From NCBI RefSeq assembly GCF_000017305.1, contig NC_009664.2, positions 2,640,001 to 2,672,000 on the forward strand: 32,000 nucleotides of DNA, written 5' to 3'. Positions 17,566 to 25,297 of this stretch are shown here, one piece after another. Made by a program: the position numbers and the translations under genes. Source of the DNA: Kineococcus radiotolerans SRS30216 = ATCC BAA-149. Lineage in GTDB: Bacteria > Actinomycetota > Actinomycetes > Actinomycetales > Kineococcaceae. Under the pieces are notes generated by a model. The model saw nothing but the letters and a program-made list of their open reading frames with translations. It was not told the origin of the DNA and did not search any database. Numbering within the stretch: the stretch's first letter is position 1; every line of letters begins with the position of its first letter.

Positions 17566-17619
17566 CCGCACCGGGGCCAGCCGGTGCGGCTGATCGTTCA
17601 ACGATCCGGCCGCACCGGC
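17566..17619. promoter_or_regulatory. Composite inverted-repeat element between rpiB and the GntR gene
   Basis: The 9-mer CCGCACCGG is at 17566 and 17611, and its complement CCGGTGCGG is at 17581. A 7-1-7 palindrome GATCGTTcAACGATC lies at 17592..17606. Confidence 0.5.
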
Positions 17620-17638
17620 CCCTGGTAGCGTCCGCGGG

Positions 17639-18301
17639 GTGGAGGACCGGGACGTGTCGGGACGCGCCCACCGGGTCGCGGACCTGGTGCGGAAGGGCAT
17701 CCTCGACGGCACCCACCCGGTGGGTTCGCGGCTGTCCGAACCCGAGGTGTGCGCCGCCCTCGACGTCTCCCGCAACACCCTGCGGGAGGCCTTCCGGGCC
17801 CTCGCCGAGGAGCGCCTCGTCGTCCACGAGCTCAACCGCGGGGTGTTCGTGCGCATCCCCACCGCGCAGGACGTCCACGAGCTCTACGACGCCCGGCGGC
17901 TGGTGGAGTGCGCCGCGGTGCGCGACCACGGGCGGCGCACCGACGGCCTGGCCGACGTCGCCGCGGCGCTGGAGCGCGCGCAGCGGCGGGCCGACGCGGG
18001 CGACTGGGTCGGCGTCGGCGCCGCCGACGTGGACTTCCACCGGGCGCTGACGGCGCTGGGCAGCTCCCGCATCGAGGCGCTCATGCAGGGCATCTGGAAC
18101 GAGCTGCGCCTGGTCTTCCACGGCGTGGGCCGGCCGGAGGAGTTCCACGGCCCCTACCTCCGGCGCAACCACGCGATCCTGGACACCCTGCGGGAACGGG
18201 GCGGGGTGGCCGCGGCGCGGCGGCTGCGCAGCTACCTCGACGAGGCCGAGCGGCAGGTGCTGCGGGCCCACCGGGCCGCACCGCCGGCGCCGGGCGCCTG
18301 A
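17639..18301 (+). CDS. GntR family transcriptional regulator (FadR/FCD subfamily)
   Basis: The wHTH is LSEPEVCAALDVSRNTLREAFRALAEERLVVHELNRGVFV, followed by a helical FCD-type C-terminal domain. Start is GTG 17639 or 17654. Confidence 0.85.
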   Translation: MEDRDVSGRAHRVADLVRKGILDGTHPVGSRLSEPEVCAALDVSRNTLREAFRALAEERLVVHELNRGVFVRIPTAQDVHELYDARRLVECAAVRDHGRRTDGLADVAAALERAQRRADAGDWVGVGAADVDFHRALTALGSSRIEALMQGIWNELRLVFHGVGRPEEFHGPYLRRNHAILDTLRERGGVAAARRLRSYLDEAERQVLRAHRAAPPAPGA

Positions 18302-18344
18302 ACCGCGGATCGCGCTACCGGCTCCCGTCCCCCACGATGGTGCG

Positions 18345-18788
18345 GTGCAACGACTCTCGGGGGAGGACGTCGCCTGCTGGCTGCTGAAGTCGGCCGGCTG
18401 GCCGGCGGAGCTGACGGCGGGCGGTGGGGTGCAGCGGCTGCACCGGTGCCTGCGGCGCAGCTACCGGCTGGACCTGGTGTCGCCGGGGCAGCCGTGCCTG
18501 CTCTGGGTGAGCGGCCGGGTCCGGCCCGGGGTGGCGGCCGTGGGCCGGGTGGTCGGCCACCCGGGGGCCGACGACCGCGTCGAGGTGGAGCTGCTGCCCC
18601 TGGCCGTCCCCGTCGCCCGGGCGGAGCTCCTCGGCGACGGGCGCTTCCGCGACGCCGAGGTGGTGCGGATGGCGGCGGGCAGCAACCCCTCCTACCTGCG
18701 CGCGGACCAGCTCGCGGCGGTGCGGGAGCGGCTGGACGACGCGGCGCTGGCGGCGTGGGGGGCGGTCGCCGGTTCCCCGTCCCGCTGA
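18345..18788 (+). CDS. Small conserved hypothetical protein, possibly PUA-like (EVE/ASCH-type) fold
   Basis: 147 aa with high GC3. The pattern CWLLKSAG.P.....G..QRLHRCLRRSYRLDLVSPGQPCLLWVSG...GVAAVGRVVG resembles the EVE-domain N-terminal layout. This is inference only. Confidence 0.35.
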   Translation: MQRLSGEDVACWLLKSAGWPAELTAGGGVQRLHRCLRRSYRLDLVSPGQPCLLWVSGRVRPGVAAVGRVVGHPGADDRVEVELLPLAVPVARAELLGDGRFRDAEVVRMAAGSNPSYLRADQLAAVRERLDDAALAAWGAVAGSPSR

Positions 18789-18796
18789 CCCGCCGC

Positions 18797-19108
18797 TCAG
18801 AGGGCGGCGTCGGCGGTGGGGGCCGTCGTGGTGGCGACGATCTCCTGCAGCGCGGCGACGTGGTTCCGGTAGGCCTTCAGGCCCTGGCGGGTGAGGGAGA
18901 GCCACACCCGGCGCGAGTCGGTCCCCAGGCGTTCCTGCTTCACGTACCCGGCCTCGACGAGGGCGGCGACCTGCTTGCTCAGCGCCGAGGGGCTGAGCTC
19001 GAGGTGGTCCTTGACCACCGACAGCTCCAGCGTGGTGCCGGCGACGAGCATCGCGCAGATGCGCAGGCGGTGCGTGGGGTGGATGACGGGGTCGAGCTCG
19101 GCGCTCAC
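18797..19108 (-). CDS. Winged-helix transcriptional regulator (HTH_34 / ArsR-MarR-like)
   Basis: GTG 19108 overlaps the upstream gene's TGA (GTGA). The product is 103 aa: HPTHRLRICAMLVAG..LELSVVKDHLELSPSALSKQVAALVEAGYVKQER...WLSLTRQGLKAYRNHVAAL. Confidence 0.8.
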   Translation of the reverse strand: MSAELDPVIHPTHRLRICAMLVAGTTLELSVVKDHLELSPSALSKQVAALVEAGYVKQERLGTDSRRVWLSLTRQGLKAYRNHVAALQEIVATTTAPTADAAL

Positions 19109-19539
19109 CGGGGCCGCCCGGTGGACCGGCGGTGCACCACGCCGGCGAGGAGGTAGCTGGCGGTGGCGGCCGCGGCGAGGGCGACGACCGGCCAGGTGCG
19201 GTCGGTGACGTCGGCGACGACCAGGGCGCCGAGCGCGCAGGCGCCGGCGAGGGCGACGGCGGCGAGGAAGCCGCGGCTGGTGGGTAGCGTCCAGGGGGTG
19301 CCCATCCGGTACCCGGCCCCGACGTTGACCCCGAGGATGGTGGCGCTGGCGGCCAGGAAGAGGTTGGTGCGGTGCTCGGTGACGAGGGCGGTCAGGGCCA
19401 GGGCGCCCAGGAGGAGGGCGTTGACCGGGTAGATCCAGGTGGGCCACGGCGTGTCCCGCACGGCCCGCTGGACGGCCTGGACCTCCGCCAGCGCTGCGCG
19501 GGCCTCGGCGGCGTCGGGGGTGGGAGCGATGTTTTCCAT
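19105..19539 (-). CDS. Membrane protein (4 predicted TM segments), co-operonic with the wHTH regulator
   Basis: ATG 19539. The TTG 19575 extension has low GC3. Hydrophobic segments include WIYPVNALLLGALALTALV, LFLAASATILGV, FLAAVALAGACALGALVVA and VVALAAAATASYLLAGV. Confidence 0.7.
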   Translation of the reverse strand: MENIAPTPDAAEARAALAEVQAVQRAVRDTPWPTWIYPVNALLLGALALTALVTEHRTNLFLAASATILGVNVGAGYRMGTPWTLPTSRGFLAAVALAGACALGALVVADVTDRTWPVVALAAAATASYLLAGVVHRRSTGRPR

Positions 19540-19567
19540 GACGGAAACAGTAGCGGGTGTTTTCCGT
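19530..19567. promoter_or_regulatory. AT-rich operator-like motif set, TGTTTTCC(A/G)T x2 plus an inverted copy
   Basis: TGTTTTCCAT (19530-39), ACGGAAACA (19541-49, inverted) and TGTTTTCCGT (19558-67). It forms an AT-rich island in GC-rich DNA and spans the ATG of the membrane-protein gene. Confidence 0.45.
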
Positions 19568-19593
19568 CGTGGCAACCATCTCCCCGGTGGGGC

Positions 19594-21276
19594 TCAGGGG
19601 GCCGGGGTGGTCCTGGGCTCCTCGACGGGCGCGGTGGGGGGCGCCGTCGCCACCACCACCCGGTCCCGGCCGCCGGCCTTCGCGGCGTAGAGCGCGCGGT
19701 CGGCGGCGGCGAGGACCCCGGTGAGGTCCGCCCCGTGGTGGGGCAGGACGGCGCACCCGACCGACACCGTCGGCCGCACCCGGGTGCCGGCGGCCACCGG
19801 CACGTCCAGGGCCGCGCACGCCGCCCGCACCTGCTCCGCGCGCACCGCGAGGGCCTCCTCGTCCGCCCCCGGCAGCAGCAGCACGAACTCCTCCCCGCCG
19901 GTGCGGGCGACGAGGTCGCCGCGCCGCTCGGCCGCGGCCAGCACCCGCGCCACCTCCACGAGCACGAGGTCGCCGACGGCGTGGCCGTGGGTGTCGTTGA
20001 CCCGCTTGAAGTGGTCGATGTCGACGGCCAGGACGCCGACGGGGTCGCCGGTGGCCGCCGCGCACCGCAGCAGCTGCGCGGCGGCGGTGTCGAAGTGGCG
20101 GCGGTTGTGCAGCCCCGTCAGCGGGTCGCGCACCGCCTCCTCCGCCAGCTGCGCCCGCAGCTGGGCCACCTCGGTGACGTCGCGCCCCACCACGACCCGC
20201 CCCAGGTCCCGGCCCCGGCGGTCGCGCAGCGCCGTGACCTGGACGTCCAGGTGCAGCCCGGAGGCGTGCTCCAGCTCGTAGCTCAGGTACCCCCCGGGCA
20301 GGTCCCCCAGCGCGCGGGCGGTGAGGAACCGCGCGGCGGGCAGGCCGACCGGGTCCACCGGCAGGTCCGGGTAGCGGGTGCGCAGGTAGGCGCGGCCGGC
20401 GGCGTTGACGTCGACGACCGTCCCCCCCGCGTCGACGACCACGATGGCGTCGCGCACGTTCTCCAGGACCGCGGCCCGCGCGATCGGCACCACCCGCAGC
20501 AACCCCACCCGCAGCACGGCGTAGGCGTCGATGAGCGCGGTGAGGGTGAACGAGAGCGGGGTGAGGTCGCGGCCGGAGAACACCTCCGGGTCGCTGATGA
20601 CCACGACGTTGCCGGCGGTGCAGACCAGACCGGCCAGCAGCAGCAGGCCCACCTGCCGGCGCACCGGCCCGCTCCCGCGCCACCAGGCGTGCAGGAGCCG
20701 GGCGAACGCCGACGTCAGCAGGGCGTAGCACCAGAGCGTGTGCACCCAGAACAGCGGGCCCCACCGGACCTCGAACCACGGGGCCTGCGGGATCGGGGTG
20801 ACCCGGGTCAGCACCAGGTGGTGCCACGGGTCGGTGGCCGCGACCGCGAGGACGAGCAGCGGCACGACCGCGAGGTGGACGACCTGGCCCCTCGGTGGCC
20901 GGTAGTGGGGGTCGGCCACGACGCGGGAGAGCAGGTAGAGGCTCACCACCGACCCGAGGATGCCGACGAACGAACCGTAGGTCAGCGCGGCGTGCACCGG
21001 CGGGGAGACGGGGAAGTTGAGCGGGACGCCGGTGGCCGACCAGAGCGCCAGGCTCGCGAAGGCGGTGGCCAGGGCGGTGGCGGCCGGGGTGGCCGACCGC
21101 CGGCGCCAGGCGAGGACCGCCAGCACCGCGTTGAGCAGCGCGGAGGTCGCGAAGGCGAGCGCGAGCACCTCGTCCACCGCACCTCCCCCGATCCCCGACG
21201 GACCCCTCAGGAACGGATCGGACACCCCGCCGCCCCGCTGGAGGGCGGACGGGGCCGTACGGGTGAGGTCCTCCAC
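19594..21276 (-). CDS. Diguanylate cyclase: N-terminal 7TM sensor, PAS and GGDEF domains
   Basis: About 7 N-terminal TM helices, a PAS-like middle region, and an active-site GGEEF with the RxxD I-site (RRGD) 5 residues upstream. An alternative GTG start at 21177 follows GGGGGAGG. Confidence 0.85.
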   Translation of the reverse strand: MEDLTRTAPSALQRGGGVSDPFLRGPSGIGGGAVDEVLALAFATSALLNAVLAVLAWRRRSATPAATALATAFASLALWSATGVPLNFPVSPPVHAALTYGSFVGILGSVVSLYLLSRVVADPHYRPPRGQVVHLAVVPLLVLAVAATDPWHHLVLTRVTPIPQAPWFEVRWGPLFWVHTLWCYALLTSAFARLLHAWWRGSGPVRRQVGLLLLAGLVCTAGNVVVISDPEVFSGRDLTPLSFTLTALIDAYAVLRVGLLRVVPIARAAVLENVRDAIVVVDAGGTVVDVNAAGRAYLRTRYPDLPVDPVGLPAARFLTARALGDLPGGYLSYELEHASGLHLDVQVTALRDRRGRDLGRVVVGRDVTEVAQLRAQLAEEAVRDPLTGLHNRRHFDTAAAQLLRCAAATGDPVGVLAVDIDHFKRVNDTHGHAVGDLVLVEVARVLAAAERRGDLVARTGGEEFVLLLPGADEEALAVRAEQVRAACAALDVPVAAGTRVRPTVSVGCAVLPHHGADLTGVLAAADRALYAAKAGGRDRVVVATAPPTAPVEEPRTTPAP

Positions 21277-21330
21277 CCGCCCGGAGCGCCCAGGGTGCCA
21301 GACCGGGGTGCCGGCGCCGGGCGGCGGACG

Positions 21331-21453
21331 TCAGACCGGCGGGGTGCCCCGGTCGGCGTCGGCGACCTCCTCCTCCGGGCGCGGCGGCACGTCCTCGTCC
21401 ACCTCCAGCTCGGGGACGGGCGGGTCGGCGGGGTCGAACGGCTGGCTGCTCAT
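21331..21453 (-). CDS. Candidate small acidic Pro-rich protein (40 aa)
   Basis: ATG 21453 to TGA 21331. Product MSSQPFDPADPPVPELEVDEDVPPRPEEEVADADRGTPPV. All 40 sense codons end in G/C. It is below the track's length cutoff and has no clear SD. Confidence 0.3.
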   Translation of the reverse strand: MSSQPFDPADPPVPELEVDEDVPPRPEEEVADADRGTPPV

Positions 21454-21462
21454 GGCGCGACG

Positions 21463-22407
21463 TTAGGACGCCGCGCGCGCCGGCGCGCTCCGGCGCGGCG
21501 GCACGGGCACGACGTCGAGGTCGTGCGCGAGGTGCACCCGGGTGCGCCCGCCCAGCTCCGCGACGGCGGCCCGGGCCTCGGCGGCCAGCTCCTCCAGGTC
21601 CGGGTAGCGCTGGGAGAAGTGCGCCAGCACGAGGGTCCGCACCCCGGCCCGGGCGGCGGCCCGCCCGGCCTGGCGGGCGGTGAGGTGGCCGCGGTCGCGG
21701 GCGAGGTCGGCGTGGCGCTCGGAGTAGGTGCACTCCAGGACGGCGAGGTCGGCGTCGCGGACGAGGTCGACGACGGCGGGGTGGTCGCGGGTGTCCATGA
21801 CGAAGCCGAACACCTGGCCGGGGCGCTCGACGGAGACGTCGGCCAGCCGGACCCCGCGCAGCTCGCCGCGCCGCTGCAGCTCGCCCACGTCGGGTCCGGT
21901 GATGCCGGCGTCGGCGAGGGCGGCGGCGTCGAAGGAGCGGCCCGCGGGTTCCTCCAGCCGGTAGCCGACCGTCGGCACCCGGTGGTCCAGGGCCCGGGCG
22001 CTCAGCCGCGCCCCGGCGACCCGGGCCACCTCGACGGGTTCGTCGCGGACGGGGATCCCCTCGACGGTCACCTCCACGTGGGCGGCCGCGACGACGGCCA
22101 GCGCCCGCAGGTGCTCGAACGCGTCGTCGGGCCCGTGCAGGGTCACCGGGCGCCCGGGGCCGTCCTGGGCCATCCGGTTCAGGACGCCGGGGACGCCGAG
22201 GCAGTGGTCGTTGTGCCGGTGGGTGACGCAGATCCGCTCGATGCGCGGGGCGGACACCTCCGCGTGCAGCATCTGCCGCTGGGTGCCCTCGCCGGGGTCG
22301 AACAGCACCGAGGTCCCGTCCCAGCGCAGCAGGTAGCCGTTGTGGTTGCGGGTGCGGGTGGGGGCCTGCCCGGCGGTGCCGAGGACGACGAGTTCGCGGG
22401 GGCTCAC
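21463..22407 (-). CDS. rnz: Ribonuclease Z (MBL-fold tRNA 3' endonuclease)
   Basis: GTG 22407. Motifs: LVVLGTAGQAPT..RN..GYLL, the HxHxDH motif THRHNDH, and C-terminal LAHFSQRY. The track ORF extends 43 codons further upstream. Confidence 0.85.
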   Translation of the reverse strand: MSPRELVVLGTAGQAPTRTRNHNGYLLRWDGTSVLFDPGEGTQRQMLHAEVSAPRIERICVTHRHNDHCLGVPGVLNRMAQDGPGRPVTLHGPDDAFEHLRALAVVAAAHVEVTVEGIPVRDEPVEVARVAGARLSARALDHRVPTVGYRLEEPAGRSFDAAALADAGITGPDVGELQRRGELRGVRLADVSVERPGQVFGFVMDTRDHPAVVDLVRDADLAVLECTYSERHADLARDRGHLTARQAGRAAARAGVRTLVLAHFSQRYPDLEELAAEARAAVAELGGRTRVHLAHDLDVVPVPPRRSAPARAAS

Positions 22408-22547
22408 CGCACCAGACTGCCCCCGTCCCCCGAGCGAGCTACCCGCGGGTGTCCACCGCGGGGTGACGACCCCGCGCGGGCGCGTCCGTAGCGTCGTGGA
22501 CAGGTCGCCGCCACCGGGCGGCGGACCCCCGTCCACGAGGAGACACC

Positions 22548-23438
22548 GTGCTGCGCAACCGTTCCCGCACCCCCGAGGTGGTCCCCTCCCCCCGGGCGAG
22601 GCCGCTGGGGGTGCGCCTGCCGCTGCTGTTCGTCGTGTTCGCGGCGGTGCTGGTGCTCACCGCCCGGCTCGCCGGCGCGGCCGCCGGGTCCGCCGTGCCC
22701 GGCCTGCTCGTCGGGGTGGGCTGCGCCGCGGCGGCGCTGGGCCTGTACGGGGTCCTCGTCGGGCGGCTGGAACGCCGCCGGGTCGGTGAGGTCGCGCTGA
22801 GCGGGGCCGGGCGCTGGCTGGGGCGCGGGACCGCCCTCGGCCTGGGGGTCTTCACCCTGGCCATCGCGGTCGTCGCCGTCCTCGGCGGGTACCGGGTCAC
22901 GGGCTGGGGGTCGGTGGAGGGCGCGTTCGGCACGCTCGGCCTCGTGACCGCCGTCGCGGTCGTGGAGGAGCTGCTGTTCCGGGGGGTGGTCTTCCGCCTC
23001 GTCGAGGAGCTCGCGGGGACGTGGGGCGCGCTGGTCGTGTCCGGGCTCCTCTTCGGCGGCCTGCACCTGCTCAACCCCGGGGCGACGGTCTGGGGGGCGC
23101 TCGCGATCGCCGTCGAGGCCGGCGGGATGCTCGCCGCCGCCTACGCCGCGACCCGGTCGCTGTGGCTGCCCATCGGCCTGCACCTGGGCTGGAACCTGGC
23201 CGAGGGCGGGATCTTCGGGACCGCCGTCTCCGGCGCCGAGCACGGCGGCGGCAGCCTGCTCCTCGGGGCCGTCGAGGGCCCGGTCCTGCTCACCGGCGGC
23301 GGGTTCGGCCCGGAGGCGAGCCTGCCGGCGGTCCTCGTCTGCCTCGCGCTGACCGCCCTGCTGATCCGCTGGGCCCGCCGCTCCGGCGGCGTCCGCCCGC
23401 GGCGCACCGCGGCCCGCGTCGCGTCTCCTACCCTCTGA
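22548..23438 (+). CDS. CPBP family intramembrane glutamic endopeptidase (CAAX protease/Abi)
   Basis: GTG follows GAGGAG. Motif 1 is EELLFRG, motif 2 is FGGLHLLN and motif 3 is GLHLGWNL. Polytopic membrane protein. Confidence 0.85.
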   Translation: MLRNRSRTPEVVPSPRARPLGVRLPLLFVVFAAVLVLTARLAGAAAGSAVPGLLVGVGCAAAALGLYGVLVGRLERRRVGEVALSGAGRWLGRGTALGLGVFTLAIAVVAVLGGYRVTGWGSVEGAFGTLGLVTAVAVVEELLFRGVVFRLVEELAGTWGALVVSGLLFGGLHLLNPGATVWGALAIAVEAGGMLAAAYAATRSLWLPIGLHLGWNLAEGGIFGTAVSGAEHGGGSLLLGAVEGPVLLTGGGFGPEASLPAVLVCLALTALLIRWARRSGGVRPRRTAARVASPTL

Positions 23439-23440
23439 GC

Positions 23441-24589
23441 GTGCTCCCCGCCCCGCGCCCCTGGTCGCGGAGCCCCGCCGCCCGCGACCTGGTGCTCGCG
23501 CTGCTCCTCACCGCGGTGGCCGCCGCCCCGGGGACCTCCGGGGTCTGGGTCGAGCTGGGGGAGCTCCCCGTCCGTCCCCCCGACGCCCTCGGGGTGGCGC
23601 TGGTGCTGGGGCAGAGCCTGCCGCTGGTGCTGCGCCGGTCGCACCCGGCGGTCTGCCTCGCGCTCGTCGGGGCCGCCTTCGCCGGCCACCAGGCCCTCGG
23701 CTACGCCCCCACCGCGGCGGGTCTGGGCCTCCACCTCGCCCTGTTCGCCGCCGGGGCCCACCTGCGCCGCCACCGGCGCGCCACCGCGGCCGCCGCCGCG
23801 GCGGGCTACCTCGTCCTCGTGGTGGCGCTGCGGGCGGTGGGTTCCCCGGCCGGCGTCCTGGAGCTCCTCACGTTCCTGCCGGTGCTGGCCGCGTTCTGGG
23901 CCGCCGGCGCCTGGGTCCGTTCCCGCCGGGGGGCGCAGGCGGCGCTGCGGGCCGCGGAGGCCGCCGCGGCCGTCGCCGAGGAACGGGCCCGCATCGCCCG
24001 CGAGCTGCACGACGTCGTCAGCCACCACGTGACGGCCATGGTGGTGCAGGCGGAGGCGATGCGGTTCCTGGTGGAGCGGCAGCCGGAGCGGGTCGCCGCG
24101 GGCCTGGGGGTCATCGGGGAGACGGGCCGCTCGGCGATGACGGACCTGCGCGACCTGCTGGGCGCCCTGCACGGCGCGGGCGATCCCGCCCGCGACCCCG
24201 CGGTGGGCAGCCTGGCGGACCTCGTCGACCGGGGGCGCGCCGCGGGCCTCTCCGTCGACCTGCGCGAGAGCGGCTCGGCGACCGCGGGCCCGGCCGGGGT
24301 CGAGCTCGCCGTCTACCGGGTGGTGCAGGAGTCCCTGACCAACGCGGTCAAGCACGCGCCGGGCGCCGGCACCGTCGTCCGGGTCGACCGGGGCCCGCGC
24401 GAGGTCGTCGTCGAGGTCGCGACGACCGCCGTCGGGCGGCCCCGGCGGGGGTGGGCGCGCTCGGGGCGCGGGCTGGTCGGTCTGGAGGAGCGGGTGGGTT
24501 TCGTCGGCGGCCGGTTCGCGGCGGGTCCCGAACCCGGCGGCGGTTTCGCGGTGCGGGCCTGGATCCCGTCGGGAGCCGGACGTGGCTGA
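23441..24589 (+). CDS. Sensor histidine kinase (HisKA_3 / NarL-partner type) with membrane N-terminal domain
   Basis: GTG 23441 lies 2 nt after the CPBP stop. The H-box is ERARIARELHDVVSHHV. The HATPase region includes NAVKHAP...GRGLVGLEERV. There are 4-5 N-terminal TM helices. Confidence 0.88.
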   Translation: MLPAPRPWSRSPAARDLVLALLLTAVAAAPGTSGVWVELGELPVRPPDALGVALVLGQSLPLVLRRSHPAVCLALVGAAFAGHQALGYAPTAAGLGLHLALFAAGAHLRRHRRATAAAAAAGYLVLVVALRAVGSPAGVLELLTFLPVLAAFWAAGAWVRSRRGAQAALRAAEAAAAVAEERARIARELHDVVSHHVTAMVVQAEAMRFLVERQPERVAAGLGVIGETGRSAMTDLRDLLGALHGAGDPARDPAVGSLADLVDRGRAAGLSVDLRESGSATAGPAGVELAVYRVVQESLTNAVKHAPGAGTVVRVDRGPREVVVEVATTAVGRPRRGWARSGRGLVGLEERVGFVGGRFAAGPEPGGGFAVRAWIPSGAGRG

Positions 24590-25259
24590 GGCGCTGCGCG
24601 TGCTCGTCTGCGACGACCAGGAGCTGGTCCGCGCCGGTTTCGCCACCATCCTCGACGCCCAGCCCGACCTCGAGGTCGTGGGGGAGGCCGGTGACGGGCG
24701 CGCCGCGGTGGACCTCGCCCTGCGGTTGCGACCCGACGTCGTGGTCATGGACGTCCGGATGCCGGTGATGGACGGGGTGGAGGCGACCCGGTTGATCGCC
24801 GGGCCCGGGGTCGCCGAGCCGCTGACGGTGCTGGTGGTCACGACGTTCGACCTGGACCAGCACGTCTACGACGCGTTGCGGGCCGGGGCGGCGGGGTTCC
24901 TCCTGAAGGACGCGCGCCCGGCGGAGCTCGTCGCCGCCGTGCGCACCGTCGCGGGAGGTGAGCAGCTGCTGGCCCCGGCCGTCACCCGCCGCCTCGTCGG
25001 GCGCTTCGCCGAGCGCATCCGGGAGGTCGCGCCCGGACGCGGGGGAGCAGGGGCGGAGCTGGCCGGGCTGACCCCGCGCGAGGTCGAGGTGCTGGGCCTG
25101 ATCGCCCGCGGCCTGTCCAACGCCGAGATCGCCGCCGAGCTCGTCATCAGCCACGAGACGGTCAAGACCTACGTCTCGCGGATCCTGGCCAAGCTCGGCC
25201 TGCGCGACCGCGTGCAGGCCGTCGTCCTCGCCTACCGGACGGGGCTCGTCGCGCCCTGA
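24582..25259 (+). CDS. Response regulator, NarL/LuxR family
   Basis: The GTG overlaps the kinase TGA. The receiver domain has CDDQ and DVVVMDVRMP. The LuxR HTH is LTPREVEVLGLIARGLSNAEIAAELVISHETVKTYVSRIL. Confidence 0.92.
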   Translation: MAEALRVLVCDDQELVRAGFATILDAQPDLEVVGEAGDGRAAVDLALRLRPDVVVMDVRMPVMDGVEATRLIAGPGVAEPLTVLVVTTFDLDQHVYDALRAGAAGFLLKDARPAELVAAVRTVAGGEQLLAPAVTRRLVGRFAERIREVAPGRGGAGAELAGLTPREVEVLGLIARGLSNAEIAAELVISHETVKTYVSRILAKLGLRDRVQAVVLAYRTGLVAP

Positions 25260-25268
25260 CCCGACCCG
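25256..25268 (+). repeat. Copy 3 of the 13-mer CTGACCCGACCCG, fused to the response-regulator TGA
   Basis: Identical to the copies at 8889 and 14219. TGACCCG can pair with CGGGTCA at 25275-25281. Confidence 0.8.
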
Positions 25269-25297
25269 AGGGGCCGGGTCACGCCGACGACACCAGA

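Noticed and set aside
21178-21330. Leader upstream of the diguanylate cyclase as a possible c-di-GMP (GEMM) or other riboswitch
   Set aside because: I found only generic GC-rich stems and none of the conserved GEMM-I/II sequence blocks. Part of the region may simply be N-terminal coding sequence if the GTG 21276 start is used.
18797-21733. 978-aa minus-strand ORF and the opposing 1039-aa plus-strand ORF 19372..22491
   Set aside because: Only the last 103 codons of the minus ORF (18797..19108) look like a real protein, the wHTH regulator. The rest is an off-frame read through the membrane-protein and GGDEF genes. The plus-strand ORF is antisense to the GGDEF and RNase Z genes and is low-complexity.
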